A DNA stretch of 64,000 nt from Gammaproteobacteria bacterium (GCA_038142325.1 JAYQJW010000002.1:160001-224000); one strand, 5' to 3'; positions 21,348-33,847 are shown, counted from the first letter of the stretch. Numbers and translations: made by a program. Notes: generated by a model not told the origin, from the sequence alone.

Positions 21348-22962
21348 ATAATCTTTCTAGAATAATTAAAATCATCTATCTTTTTTTCAAATATGATATT
21401 GATAAGTCTCTAATAAGTTCAGATTTAATAGGCAAAAAAATATCTATTTTTTCTTCTACCTTGGAATCTAATTACTTTTAGAAAGAAAATAAACCTTGCT
21501 AAGAATATAAGACTTATTTGCGAAGACCTTGGACCAATTTTTGTCAAGCTTGGTCAAATGATATCTACAAGAAAAGATTTATTAAATGATGAAATTGCAT
21601 CTGAGCTAGCAAAACTTCAAGATAACGTCACGCCTTTTAGTGGTGAAACTGCAAAGAGCATTATAGATCAAGAATTAAATACATCATCTGAGATATTTTC
21701 TTATTTTGATAAAAAACCTATAGCATCTGCTTCAATAGCTCAAGTACATGCTGCAAAACTTAAGACAGGTGAAGATGTAATTGTAAAAGTTGTAAGGCCT
21801 GATATTAAATCCAAAATTATTCAAGATATTTCGCTTATGAAAAGAATTGCTCAATATCTAAATAATCTATCTGATGATTTTAAACGAATGCATTTAATAG
21901 ATATTGTGAATGATTATGAAATGGTTATTTATGACGAATTGAATCTTATAAAAGAGGCTGCAAATGCCAAACAAATTGCAAAAAACTTTTCAAAATCAGA
22001 CTATATATATATCCCTACTGTTCACTGCACTTATTTAACAAGTAAAGTGATGGTCATGGAACGAATATATGGTATCCCTATAAACGATAAAGAAGCATTA
22101 ATGAAAGAGGGTATCTCATTTAAAGAAATAGCGCAAAAATCAGTTGAATTATTTTTTATTCAAGTATTCGAACATAATTTTTTTCATGCTGACATGCATC
22201 CAGGGAATATATTCATTCAGAAACATAATGACACTTTTCGATTTGTGTTAGTTGATTTTGGAATCATGGGTTCTTTAAGTGAATTTGACAAAAAGTACCT
22301 TGCTGAAAATTTCATAGCCTTCTTCAACAGAGATTACGCAAGTGTAGCTAGACTACATGTTGAATGTGAATGGGTCCCTAAAGATACAAATATTCCATCA
22401 CTTGAAAGTGCTATCAGAGAAAATTGCGAATGTATGTTAGATAAACCCATCAAAGATGTTTCACTTAGTGATATTATTGTAGGACTTTTTGATACTTCTA
22501 GACGCTTTAAATTAGAAGTTCAACCTCAGTTAATCCTAATGCAAAAAACACTCCTTTATACTGAGGGCTTAGGAAGAGAATTTAATCCTGAATTAGATTT
22601 GTGGAAGACATCAAAACCAATACTTGAAAACTTGGATGAGAGAACAAAAAGGACCTAAAGTAGTTGCAAAAAAAATCTTTAATAATATTGATAGCTACTT
22701 GGAAATTTTACCTGAGATACCCTCTTTTTTTCGAAGAATATCAAACCATTACAGTGGTAACTCATCAGATTTAACTAAAAATTATGAGCAGCTTAAGATT
22801 ATAGAAGAGAAAATTAACTCAAACAAAAAAAGAAACCATATCTATTTTTCTTTGCTTGTTATCATAATCATCTTAATAGATCCAACTAGCTTACTTGGTA
22901 CTTACAAAATGGAAGCGCTTGTCTCTGTCGCAGCAATAATGTATCTGTCTAGACCGACATGA
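21344..22962 (+). CDS. ubiB: UbiB protein kinase-like; frameshifts near 21445 and 22628
   Basis: [48 protein letters not shown]. Confidence 0.95.
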
Positions 22963-25115
22963 GCAATATTGACTTTGACAGCTCTTTAAATAAGCAACAA
23001 CTAATTGCAGTTAATTGTGACGAGGGAAATAAGCTTGTTTTAGCAGGTGCAGGAAGTGGTAAAACAAGAGTTTTAACATATCGGGTTGCAAAGTTAATAA
23101 GAGATTTTGGTATTAGACCTTCTGATATCCTTGCATTAACATTTACCAATAAAGCATCCAGAGAGATGAAAGATAGAATAGAGTAATTACTTAAGATTTC
23201 CTCTCAAGGATTATGGTTTGGAACTTTTCATGGAATTTGTCGAAGAATTCTAAAAATACATTGGAAAGAAGCTGAGTTATCAGAAAGATTTACCATCCTA
23301 GACTCTCAAGATCAACTTAGATTAATTAAACGAATAATAAAAACAAATAACTATGATGAGAAACTCTATGATCCTAAATCAATTCAATCCTTTATAAATA
23401 GAAAAAAAGATAGAGGTTTGAGGAGTAATCATATAAGCGAAAAAGATGACGATATATTTGTATCAGTATTTAAAGAATATGAGGCAATATTAAAACAAAC
23501 TCTATCTGTTGATTTTGCTGATTTGATATTAAAAACATACGAACTACTCACAAAACATGAAAATATACACACATACTACTCACGGAGGTTTAAGCATATT
23601 CTTGTTGATGAGTTTCAAGATACCAATTTACTTCAATTTAAATTACTAAAATTGTTAAATAATGATTCTGGGTCTCTGTATGCAGTTGGAGATGATGATC
23701 AATCTATTTATGGCTGGAGAGGAGCATTAAGTAAAAATATTAAATCATTTACTGATCAATTTTCTGATGTTCAAGTATTTAAATTAGAGCAGAACTATAG
23801 ATCAACTAATAAAATTTTAGAAGTAGCAAACTCTTTGATTGCTCATAATAAAAACCGTATGGGTAAAGATTTATGGACTCAATCTGATAGAGGGGATCCT
23901 GTAAAAATTTTTGAAGCTTATAACAATGATGAAGAATCATCTTTTATTGTTGAGAAAATTAAAATGTTAGAACGCGAAGGCTACAAAAAATCAGAAATGG
24001 CAATTCTATATCGTAACAACTTTTTATCCAGAAGATTAGAAGAAGAGTTAAATGGAAGAGGAATACCATATATTATTTTTGGTGGGTTTAGATTTTTTGA
24101 AAGATCTGAAATTAAAGACATGATTGCTTATCTAAGAGTAATTGTAAATCCAGATGATGATGCAGCCTTCGAGAGAACAATTAATAATCCACCTAGAGGT
24201 ATTGGACAAAAAACTATTGATGTAATAAGAACTTATGCAAGGGAAAATAGTTTATCCTTATGGAAAACTATTAAACATTTTCAAAATAATGAGCATAAAG
24301 AGATTACATCGAGAGTTAGGACGTCACTCTCGCATTTTATTGAACTCATCGAAACAATATCAGCTGAGTTAAATGACTTATCTTTAAAAGAAGTTCTCAT
24401 AAAAATTTATGATAAGTCTAAATTAAAATCATATTACTCTGAACAAAAAGGAGAAGAATCAATTTCTAAACAAGAAAACATTGAAGAACTTTTCATAACA
24501 GCTGAAAACTTCATAAAAAATAATATAGATAGCGAGAATCTTATCGATGATTTTCTTGACAATGCTGCACTTGAAGCTGGAGATTATCAATCTAAACTAG
24601 ACAATGATCCAGTACAACTTATGACAATACACTCAGCTAAGGGTTTAGAATTTCCGATAGTCTTTTTAACGGGTTTAGAAGAAGGTATCTTCCCTAATGA
24701 AAATAGAAAAAGCGGAGATGATTTTCTTGAAGAAGAGAGAAGGCTTTGTTATGTGGCAATTACGAGAGCGATGAAGACACTTTATCTTACTTATGCGAAT
24801 GCTAGATATTTACATGGATCATATAATTATTTAATGCCATCAAGGTTTATAAGTGAAATCCCTAATGAGTTATTGGAAAATGTTAAGTCTGATGGTTATC
24901 AATATCAAAAGAGAAATAATGTAGTCTCTATTAAAGCTAAATCTAAAAATAAAAATGGTATAAAAATTGGGGCAAGAGTTAAACATCAGAAATTTGGGAC
25001 AGGAGTTATATTGAGCTATGAAGGCGAAGATGATAATTTAAAACTTTATATTAACTTTGAAGACTATGGTTCTAAGTGGTTAGTGTTAACATATGCTCAC
25101 CTTGATTTTTTGTAA
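22959..25115 (+). CDS. uvrD: DNA helicase II; a single in-frame TAA at 23184-23186
   Basis: [63 protein letters not shown]; same frame across the stop. Confidence 0.95.
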
Positions 25116-26198
25116 ATGAAAAATAATAGACGAAAATTTTTTAAATCCATCGGGCTTTTAACGGCTGGAGCTCTGGCTAGTGGACTTTCATCTGAGAAAT
25201 CATTTGCTCAGAAAAAAATTCAATGGAAGATGGTGACATCTTGGCCAAAGAATTTCCCTGGGTTAGGAGCTGGCGCAGAAACATTAGCTAATTATATTAA
25301 TCTGTTATCAGGCGGGAGTTTGAAGATAAAAGTATTCGGAGCTAATGAATTAGTCCCTCCGTTAGGCGTATTTGATTATGTTTCCTCTGGAGGAGCTGAA
25401 ATGGGACATTCTGGAGCATATTATTGGAAAGGCAAAACAGAAGCAGCACAATTTTTTTCATCTGTTCCATTTGGGATGACTGCACAAGAAATGAATGCTT
25501 GGTTGTATTACGGGGATGGTTTGCAACTATGGGAAAAAGTTTACAAAGATTTTAATCTTGTTCCTAGACCTGCTGGAAATACAGGTGTCCAAATGGGGGG
25601 ATGGTTTAATAAAGAGATAAATTCGACAGATGATCTTAAGGGTCTTAAAATGAGAATTCCGGGGCTAGGAGGTGAAGTGCTTGCTAGAGCAGGCGGGACA
25701 CCTTTCACGCTTGCTGGCTCTGAAATATTTACGTCACTACAAACTGGTGTAATAGATGCAACAGAATGGGTAGGTCCTTATAATGATAGAGCATTTGGTT
25801 TACATAAGGCTGCAAAATTTTACTACTATCCTGGATGGCATGAACCTGGCCCTTCATTGGAATGTATCATCAATAAAGATGCATATAATAATCTGTCTAC
25901 ACAGCATCAATCAATAATAGATATTGCATGTAAAGCTGCAAATATTGATATGATTTCTGACTACATGTCAAAGAATTATCAAGCATTGGAGTTCTTTCAA
26001 AAAGAAAAAGTTCAAATCAAACAGTTTCCAAAAGAAGTTTTATCTAAATTAAATAGCATAAGCAAGGAAGTGCTTTTAGAGTTAAGCAATAAAGATAATC
26101 TGTCTAAGCAAGTATATGACTCATATATGAACTTTCTAAAAAGGGTAAGACCTTGGACATTGATATCCGAAGACGGATACTTAAATTCATTTGAGTAA
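25116..26198 (+). CDS. dctP: TRAP transporter substrate-binding protein (TakP-like) with Tat signal
   Basis: RRKFFK, WKMVTSWPKNFPG, GNTGVQMGGWF, KMRIPGLGG, YYYPGWHEP. Confidence 0.9.
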   Translation: MKNNRRKFFKSIGLLTAGALASGLSSEKSFAQKKIQWKMVTSWPKNFPGLGAGAETLANYINLLSGGSLKIKVFGANELVPPLGVFDYVSSGGAEMGHSGAYYWKGKTEAAQFFSSVPFGMTAQEMNAWLYYGDGLQLWEKVYKDFNLVPRPAGNTGVQMGGWFNKEINSTDDLKGLKMRIPGLGGEVLARAGGTPFTLAGSEIFTSLQTGVIDATEWVGPYNDRAFGLHKAAKFYYYPGWHEPGPSLECIINKDAYNNLSTQHQSIIDIACKAANIDMISDYMSKNYQALEFFQKEKVQIKQFPKEVLSKLNSISKEVLLELSNKDNLSKQVYDSYMNFLKRVRPWTLISEDGYLNSFE

Positions 26199-27524
26199 TT
26201 TTTCTGGAAGATAAGTAGCCAAATCCGGAAATATAAATATTATTATAACCAAAAATATTTGTATTAATAAAAATGGAAATATTCCTTTGTATATTTCGAT
26301 AGTTTTTACAGTTTTTGGCAAAACACCTCTGAGATAGAATAATGAGAAACCAAATGGAGGTGTGATGAAAGATGTTTGTAATATTAATGCAATTAATATA
26401 CCAATCCATAATGGATCAAATCCAAGTGTAAATAGAGCTGGACCGATTAATGGAATTACTATGAATGTAATTTCAATAAAGTCTAATATAAAACCAAGTA
26501 AGAACATTAATAATAGTACAATTATGAGTGTCAAAATTTTATCATCTGGCAATTCTATTAAAAATTTATGGATGAAATCCTCACCACCTAAACCTCTGAA
26601 GACTAAGGAAAAAAGAGTTGCTCCAATTAGAATCATAAAAACCATGCTTGTGAGCTTAATAGAATCATAAATACTTTTATCTAGGATTTTTTTTGTTAAA
26701 TTATTACGACTATATGCGAGAAAGATGGCGCCAAGTGCGCCAAGTCCAGCAGCCTCTGATGGGGTTGCTAAACCAAATATTATCGAGCCCAAAACAATGA
26801 ACATCAGTCCAAGAGGGTAAACAATTGAAGAGATATTTATTTTTGATATAGATTTTTTCTCGATTGATTTAACACTTAGCGTTTTAAGATAAATAATATA
26901 GAGAATAGGTAATAAAAGACCGGGAAGTATTGCTCCTAAAAATAAATCAGCAATAGTAATAGTTTCAGGACTAAAAATCCCCATATTTAGTTGTGCTTGT
27001 TGGTAGGATGACGATAATACATCTGCAAGGAGGATTAATACTAACGATGGTGGTATTATTTGTCCTAACGTGCCAGAAGCACAAATTGTACCTGATGCAA
27101 CTCTCGATGTGTATCCATTTTTGATTAAAACAGGATATGTCAATAATCCTAGAGTTACTACGCTTGCCCCAACTATACCTGTACTGGCTGCTAATAATGC
27201 ACCCACAATTACTACAGATATTGCTAAACCACTATCTGTTTTATTAAACAAAGCATTCATATCTTTTATTAAACTTTCTGCTATTTTTGTTTTTTCTAAA
27301 ACCAAACCCATAAAAATGAAAAGTGGTACAGCTAAAAGATTTTGATTTCCCATTACACCATACAAGCGATTAGGAAATGCCATTAAATATGAGTAGTCAA
27401 AAAAATCTAAATAAACTCCAAGCAATGCAAATAATAGAGAAAAGCCAGCTAATATAAAAGCAACAGGAAAACCACTCAAAAGTAGTATGAAAGTAAGTAC
27501 AAGAAATATAACTATACTTTCCAT
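26187..27524 (-). CDS. dctM: TRAP transporter large permease
   Basis: GFPVAF, AVPLFIFMG, ASTGIVGASV, SGTLGQIIPPS, QTSFITPPFG. Confidence 0.93.
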   Translation of the reverse strand: MESIVIFLVLTFILLLSGFPVAFILAGFSLLFALLGVYLDFFDYSYLMAFPNRLYGVMGNQNLLAVPLFIFMGLVLEKTKIAESLIKDMNALFNKTDSGLAISVVIVGALLAASTGIVGASVVTLGLLTYPVLIKNGYTSRVASGTICASGTLGQIIPPSLVLILLADVLSSSYQQAQLNMGIFSPETITIADLFLGAILPGLLLPILYIIYLKTLSVKSIEKKSISKINISSIVYPLGLMFIVLGSIIFGLATPSEAAGLGALGAIFLAYSRNNLTKKILDKSIYDSIKLTSMVFMILIGATLFSLVFRGLGGEDFIHKFLIELPDDKILTLIIVLLLMFLLGFILDFIEITFIVIPLIGPALFTLGFDPLWIGILIALILQTSFITPPFGFSLFYLRGVLPKTVKTIEIYKGIFPFLLIQIFLVIIIFIFPDLATYLPEKLLK

Positions 27525-27530
27525 ATGATT

Positions 27531-27992
27531 TTATTTAACTAATCTGCCAAGGGCTTGAATTAATAACAAACTTGCAAAAACATAAATTGATGACTTAAGT
27601 ATGTATATAAATGGTAAACCTCCAGGCTCTCCTGAGCTTTCCAACATTTCCCAAGATCTAATTATTATTGGCGTACTCTCATACAATACAAAAAGACAAA
27701 AGGGGATAATGAGAAATACTGTACCTAATACCTCGATATATTTTTTTACTTCAGCGTCTAATTTATTTGAAAAGACATCTATCCTTACATGAGAATTTTC
27801 CTTTAGACATATCGATATTCCAAAAAGAAAAATAAATGCATGCAAATACATCACAAGCTCTTGCATGAAAATGAAATTAATATTGAAAATGTATCTAAGG
27901 AGAATATTTACAATTACCAAAATAAACATAATATAAAAGAAATATTTTGTAATATATTCAGAGATTATTGATATCTTTTCTAAAAAATTCAT
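27531..27992 (-). CDS. dctQ: TRAP transporter small permease
   Basis: LRY.F, QEL, HVRIDVF, ESSGEPGGLP; 4 TM segments. Confidence 0.92.
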   Translation of the reverse strand: MNFLEKISIISEYITKYFFYIMFILVIVNILLRYIFNINFIFMQELVMYLHAFIFLFGISICLKENSHVRIDVFSNKLDAEVKKYIEVLGTVFLIIPFCLFVLYESTPIIIRSWEMLESSGEPGGLPFIYILKSSIYVFASLLLIQALGRLVK

Positions 27993-28915
27993 TTGTTCTC
28001 TAATCTTTTTTTGAGGATATTCTCAAATGTCGAAGGGTCTTTGATGTGAGTAATTTCACCAACTTTGGGAAATATCATATCTGCTAACCTTGAAATGTAA
28101 AATCTTAATCCAGCTGCAATCATTGCATTATTCATCTGTTTCATTTCTTTTTTTGTGATGGTCCTCACTGAATTATAACTGTTAATAAAACTGTGATATT
28201 TTGTAGCATTGATGGATCCATTTTTATTTACACACCAGTCATTAGCAATAACAGCTAGTTCGTATACTAAAGGGCCATTGAAAGAATAATAATAATCTAT
28301 AATACCTGTAATTTTATTGTTGCTCGCTAAAACATTATCCCTAAATAAATCTGAGTGAATTACACCACATGGAAGATTTGAACTAAATATTTTTTTAAAA
28401 ACTTTGCTACAGTGTTTAATGAGATTAAGTTGATTAGGCTCTAGGTGACCCTCAATCTTCTTACTTGTTTTCTCAATCCATTTAATATCTCTGCTGTTAG
28501 AAATCATACCTTGGTATTGCTGGCTAAAATTATGAAAGGTCCCAATGACTTCTCCAAGTGATTTACATAGCATGCTATTTGATTCATTGACTGTCTTTCC
28601 AGATAGTTTTTGCATGATTGAACAAGGTTTTTTCTCAACAGTTGTCAAAACATCCCCAGATTTAGTGATCATAATCTCTGGTGCACATAATCCTTTTTTT
28701 GAAAAAAAATTCATTAATTTAAGATACTTTGTTACCTTAGTTTTTTTTATATCTTCAAATATAGTAATTACATACTTGCCTTTATCAGTATTCAAAAAAT
28801 AGTTTGTATTAGTAATACCATCTGAGATTCCATCAAACGATTTAAGAGAGCCAATGTTGTATAGAGAAAGAATTTCTTTTATGTGCTTGTTTTTTAGAAT
28901 TGTATATACAGACAT
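27989..28915 (-). CDS. thrB: Homoserine kinase, type II (Pseudomonas-type)
   Basis: MSVYT, GITNTNYF, GVIHSDLFRDN, IDYY, NDW, KDP. Confidence 0.93.
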   Translation of the reverse strand: MSVYTILKNKHIKEILSLYNIGSLKSFDGISDGITNTNYFLNTDKGKYVITIFEDIKKTKVTKYLKLMNFFSKKGLCAPEIMITKSGDVLTTVEKKPCSIMQKLSGKTVNESNSMLCKSLGEVIGTFHNFSQQYQGMISNSRDIKWIEKTSKKIEGHLEPNQLNLIKHCSKVFKKIFSSNLPCGVIHSDLFRDNVLASNNKITGIIDYYYSFNGPLVYELAVIANDWCVNKNGSINATKYHSFINSYNSVRTITKKEMKQMNNAMIAAGLRFYISRLADMIFPKVGEITHIKDPSTFENILKKRLENK

Positions 28916-28963
28916 GTATTTATGATATATAACTTTTAATGAACAAACGATATCTAAATTTAT

Positions 28964-31644
28964 ATGGATTTCCAAGAAGAAAGTGCAGAATATTTTATTA
29001 TAATTGATGGTTCCTCTTATTTATATAGAGCATTTTATGCTTTACCGAACTTAAAAACATCAACAGGTATACACTCTGGAGCAGTACATGGTTTTGCTAA
29101 TATGTTGAATCGTGTCATCAATGAGTACGATCCAAAATATCTTCTTATGGTTTTTGATGCAAAAGGTAAGAACTTTAGGCACGAGATTTATGATCAATAC
29201 AAAGCTAATAGAAATTCAATGCCAAAAGAACTCTCTGAACAAACAGGTGCAATTATTGATTTAGTGAGAGCATACGGTATAAAAGTAATACAGGAAAAGG
29301 GTGTTGAAGCAGACGATGTCATAGCAACAGCTACAAAACAAGTTAAACTAAATAATACAAAAACAATAATTTCATCTGGAGATAAAGACCTTGCACAACT
29401 TGTTAATAATAATGTCGTCCTTATAAATAATTTTGATTCTAAAATACTTGATCAACAAGGGGTCATTGATAAATTTGGAGTAAAACCAGAGCAAATCTTT
29501 GATTATCTATGTTTAGTTGGTGACACTTCGGACAATATCCCAGGAGTGCCTAAGGTAGGACCGAAGACAGCTGTTACATTGCTTGAAAAGTACGGCAGCC
29601 TAGATAATATTATCTCTCATTCTAGCGAGTTGAAAGGTAAGCTGAGAGAAAACATGGAATCCTCATTTGATACAATTAGTCTTGCAAAAAAGTTAGTTGC
29701 CCTCAAAGATAATCTGAAACTTAGTATTAAAACCAAAGAACTTGAAAGGGGTAAGATAGATGAAACAAAATTAGGCTCAATAATTAAAAAATATGAACTC
29801 AAGTCACTATCAACAAAGTTAAATATTAAAAGTAATCGACAGATAATAAAGAAAGATTACAAGTTAATAAAAAATATAAGTGAATTAAAGACTGTTATTG
29901 AAAAGTGTAAAAAAAGAAGGAATTTTCGTTTGATACTGAAACTACTTCACTTGATTTTAATCAAGCTGAACTAGTTGGATTTAGTCTTAGTTACAAGGAA
30001 CATCAAAGCCACTATTGCCCTTTGAATCACAACTCTACAGATAAAGTGAATTTACCTTTCAATGACTCTATAGACTTACTCAAGGAGCTTTTTGAAAACG
30101 ATGATCTTACAGTAGTGGGTCAGAATCTTAAATACGATATCAATGTTCTTAAAAAATACGCACTCAAAATAACATGCAATGTTGAAGATACAATGCTCAT
30201 GTCATACGTACTGAATTCTGGCGGAAAACATGATCTGGATACTCTCTCATTAAAGTTTTTAGATCACAAACCAATTTCATATGAAGATGTTACTGGTAAA
30301 GGAAAAGATCAGATTTCTTTTGCAGATGTAGAGATTTCAAAAGCAGTAGAATATGCTTGTGAAGATTCTGATATTACATATCTCCTATATAAAAAGTTAT
30401 CTTCAAGTCTTTCAAGAGATAAAAAACTTTTATCTATCTATCGTGATATTGAAATCAAGTTGATGCTCATTATTGCAGAAATGGAATACATTGGTGTATC
30501 TGTAAATAAAGAGGAGCTTGATTCCCAATCTAAGGATTTATCTGAACGTTTAAAAAAGATTGAAAAAGATATATATAAAATTTCTGGAAGAGAATTTAAC
30601 ATTAGTTCGCCCAAACAAATACAAGAGATTTTCTATGATGAGCTTAAGCTTCCAGTTTTAAAGAAAACACCTAAAGGTCAACCTTCAACGAATGAGGATG
30701 TAATGACACAGTTAGCTGAAGAGCATGAGCTACCTAGTTTAATTTTATCATTTAGAAATCTTTTAAAACTTAAAAATACATATACTGATAAACTAGGTAC
30801 TGAGGTTAGCAAAATATCAAATAGACTTCATACATCATACAATCAAACAATAACTATAACGGGTAGACTATCATCTTCTTCCCCAAATCTTCAAAACATA
30901 CCTATAAAAACTGATGATGGTAAAAAAATTAGATCAGCATTTGTTCCTAGATCGGGATATAAACTTTTTTCTGCAGATTACTCTCAAATAGAATTAAGAA
31001 TTATGGCTCATCTTTCAGAAGACCAAGCTATGATTGATAGTTTCATAAATGGAGAGGATATTCATGCGTCCACGGCTCGAAGAGTGTTTAACACAAATAA
31101 AAATCCGTCTGAAGATGAGAGGAGAGCTGCAAAGGCGATTAACTTTGGTCTTATTTATGGAATTTCTGCTTATGGGCTTGCAAGACAACTTAAAATCGAC
31201 AATATTGAAGCCAAAAATATAATTGATACTTATTTTGCTAAATATAAACGTGTAAAAGAGTACATGGAGGAATTAAAAGCATTTGCTAATAAGAATGAGT
31301 TTGTTGAGACAATGCATGGGCGCAAAGTATTTTTACCCAATATAACTCACTCAAATTTTCAAGTTAGAAGTGCAGCTGAGAGAACTGCTATTAATGCTCC
31401 TATCCAAGGTACAGCAGCAGATATATTAAAAATAGCTATGATCAATATTAACGCCTGGTTAAAACGGGATGAGGCTGATGCATTTATGATAATGCAAGTT
31501 CATGATGAGCTTGTATTTGAGATGAGACATTCTGATTTAGAAAATTATGGCGATAAAATATGTACTTTAATGTCTGATGCATACAAACTTAAGGTTCCTT
31601 TAATTGTAAATACATTTAGTGGAAAAAACTGGCGAGATACATAG
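28964..31644 (+). CDS. polA: DNA polymerase I; frameshift in A-run near 29910
   Basis: DGSSYLYRAF, EADD, GDTSDNIPGV, FDTETT exonuclease motif, TGRLSS..PNLQNIP, DYSQIELR, AKAINFGLIYG, QVHDE. Confidence 0.97.
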
Positions 31645-31654
31645 TCTCGATTCA

Positions 31655-31682
31655 TTGCACAATATTGATATTTAGATATAAT
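31655..31682 (+). promoter_or_regulatory. Sigma70-type promoter of cytochrome c4-dsbA (leaderless geometry)
   Basis: TTGCAC-N16-TATAAT; ATG 7 nt downstream; no SD. Confidence 0.55.
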
Positions 31683-31689
31683 TAGCCCA

Positions 31690-32307
31690 ATGAAATTTCT
31701 GTCTATCTTAGCTACTATCTTTTTTGTAACGATAAACCTTATAAATCCTGCGTATTCATCTGATATAGATAAAGGCAAAGAACTATCAGCATCATGTGCT
31801 GCTTGTCATGGCGACAATGGCATCTCAGTCAATCCAGTTTGGCCAAAACTTGCAGGCCAAAATCCTAAGTACTTAGCATCTCAGCTTTATGAGTTTAGAA
31901 AAGGAGCAGAAGGCAACAGAAATAATGCAGTTATGTACGGCATAGCTGTGACATTATCAGATTCTGATATTGAAGATTTATCAGCTTATTATGCATCACT
32001 TAAATCAAATGTTGGTCTAACTCAGGATAAATATCTCGAATTAGGACGAGATATGTATAGAGGTGGGAATATGGATATTAAAATTCAAGCATGCATAAGT
32101 TGTCATGGCCCTAACGGTCAAGGAAACTATGCTGCTGCAATTCCAATGTTATCAGGACAACATTCTCAATACACATATCAACAATTAAAAAACTTTCAAT
32201 CATCAATGAGATCTAACGATTATAATAAGATGATGAGAAATATTGTCCATAGAATGACAGATGAGGAAATGAAGGCTGTAGCAAGTTATATTGAAGGCTT
32301 ATATTGA
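31690..32307 (+). CDS. Diheme cytochrome c4
   Basis: Signal peptide, CAACH and CISCH, PKLAGQ and PMLSGQ. Confidence 0.95.
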   Translation: MKFLSILATIFFVTINLINPAYSSDIDKGKELSASCAACHGDNGISVNPVWPKLAGQNPKYLASQLYEFRKGAEGNRNNAVMYGIAVTLSDSDIEDLSAYYASLKSNVGLTQDKYLELGRDMYRGGNMDIKIQACISCHGPNGQGNYAAAIPMLSGQHSQYTYQQLKNFQSSMRSNDYNKMMRNIVHRMTDEEMKAVASYIEGLY

Positions 32308-32918
32308 TGTTCAAACTTAGACATTTCCTGTTGTCTTTATCATTTCTTCTGCTTTCTAGCCAGATTGTCCATGCTCAAAAATATGTTCAAATATCAACTG
32401 AAAAACAACAAGAATCAACAGATGTAATAATTTATGAATTTTTTTGGTATGGCTGTCCTCATTGTTTTAATTTAGAGCCAACAATGGATCGAATCGAAGC
32501 AGACTTAGAAAAAGGAGCACGAATTGTCAAAGTACCAGTAGCACTTAGAGATTCATGGATGCCTCATGCTAAATTATATTATGCGCTAAAGCAGATGAAT
32601 AAAATTGATGATGTACATAACCAAATTTTTGAGGAGATACATCTCGAAGACAATCGTCTAAATACAGAGGAATCTATGGTTGAATTTTTGGGCAAAGCTG
32701 GAATAGATACAAAGCTTTTTCTTGAAAAATATAATAGTTATGGCACTGAAGCGAGAATAAAAAAATCAAGTAATCTAGCTAGAAAATTTCAAATTAACTC
32801 TGTTCCAACTATTGTAGTTAATGGTAAATATCTAACAAGTGGATCTTACGTTTCTAGTTATGATGAATTATATAGTGTGGTAAATTTATTAGTGGAAAGA
32901 GAAAAAAATGATTTATAG
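32307..32918 (+). CDS. dsbA: Thiol:disulfide oxidoreductase DsbA
   Basis: EFFWYGCPHC, SVPTIVVNGKY. Confidence 0.95.
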   Translation: MFKLRHFLLSLSFLLLSSQIVHAQKYVQISTEKQQESTDVIIYEFFWYGCPHCFNLEPTMDRIEADLEKGARIVKVPVALRDSWMPHAKLYYALKQMNKIDDVHNQIFEEIHLEDNRLNTEESMVEFLGKAGIDTKLFLEKYNSYGTEARIKKSSNLARKFQINSVPTIVVNGKYLTSGSYVSSYDELYSVVNLLVEREKNDL

Positions 32919-32927
32919 GAGTATAAA

Positions 32928-33782
32928 ATGACAGCAAAAATTATTAGTGGAAGAGAAGTTGCAGAACATATTCTTGAAAATGAACTTTCAAAGAAAGTTG
33001 AAGAACTAAAGGGTAAAAACATCATACCAAATTTAGTTGTAATTTTAGTTGGTGAAATGAAAGCATCAGCTAGTTATGTTGCACAAAAAGAAAAATTTGC
33101 AGCTAAGGCTGGCATTAAGTCAGAGGTAAGAAGATTTAACTCTGAAATTAGTGAAAATGAGATATTATCTGAGATTGATAAAATTAATGATGATCCATTG
33201 ATACATGGAGTTATAGTCCAACTTCCCTTACCAGATCATATTTCTGTTGCAAAAGTTCTTAATAGAATTCATCCATCCAAGGACGTAGATGGCTTTACAC
33301 CTAATAATGTCGGTAAACTATTTCTTGGTGAAGATACACTCGTATCATGTACACCAAAAGGTATCATGCAAATGTTAAGAATTTCTGGAACTGATTTAAA
33401 TGGGAAAAATGTTACAGTTATTGGTAGATCAAATATTGTTGGTAAACCTGTGTCTATTTTATGTCAGTCTGAAAATGCTACAGTCACGATGTGTCATTCA
33501 AGAACAAAAGACTTAAATCATAAATTATCTGATGCAGATGTCATAATTGTTGCAGTAGGTGTTCCTAAGTTTATTTCAGGTGATCAAATACCGGAAGGAG
33601 CAGTTGTAATAGATGTTGGAATTCACAATATTGATGGGAAATTATGTGGTGATGTTGATTTTGATTCTGCTAAAGAAAAAGCATCTGCAATTACACCTGT
33701 TCCTGGTGGCGTTGGACCTATGACAGTTTGTGCGTTAATTGAAAATACAATTATTGCTGCTGAGAGAATAAATAGCGCCTGA
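32928..33782 (+). CDS. folD: Methylene-THF dehydrogenase/cyclohydrolase
   Basis: VQLPLP, KDVDG, CTPKG, GRSNIVGKP, TPVPGGVGPMT. Confidence 0.97.
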   Translation: MTAKIISGREVAEHILENELSKKVEELKGKNIIPNLVVILVGEMKASASYVAQKEKFAAKAGIKSEVRRFNSEISENEILSEIDKINDDPLIHGVIVQLPLPDHISVAKVLNRIHPSKDVDGFTPNNVGKLFLGEDTLVSCTPKGIMQMLRISGTDLNGKNVTVIGRSNIVGKPVSILCQSENATVTMCHSRTKDLNHKLSDADVIIVAVGVPKFISGDQIPEGAVVIDVGIHNIDGKLCGDVDFDSAKEKASAITPVPGGVGPMTVCALIENTIIAAERINSA

Positions 33783-33847
33783 GAAGATTCGAACTTCTGA
33801 CCTTTAGCTTCGGAAGCTAATGCTCTATCCAACTGAGCTACAGGCGC
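33774..33847 (-). tRNA. tRNA-Arg(CCG), CCA not encoded
   Basis: Reverse complement GCGCCTG TA GCTC AGTTGGATA GAGC A TTAGC TTCCGAA GCTAA AGGTC AGAAG TTCGAAT CTTCT CAGGCGC T folds into a full cloverleaf. Confidence 0.96.

Noticed and set aside
23184-23186. In-frame TAA in uvrD as stop-codon recoding or readthrough
   Set aside because: A single case; TAA ends many genes here normally; a substitution error in a sense codon is simpler.
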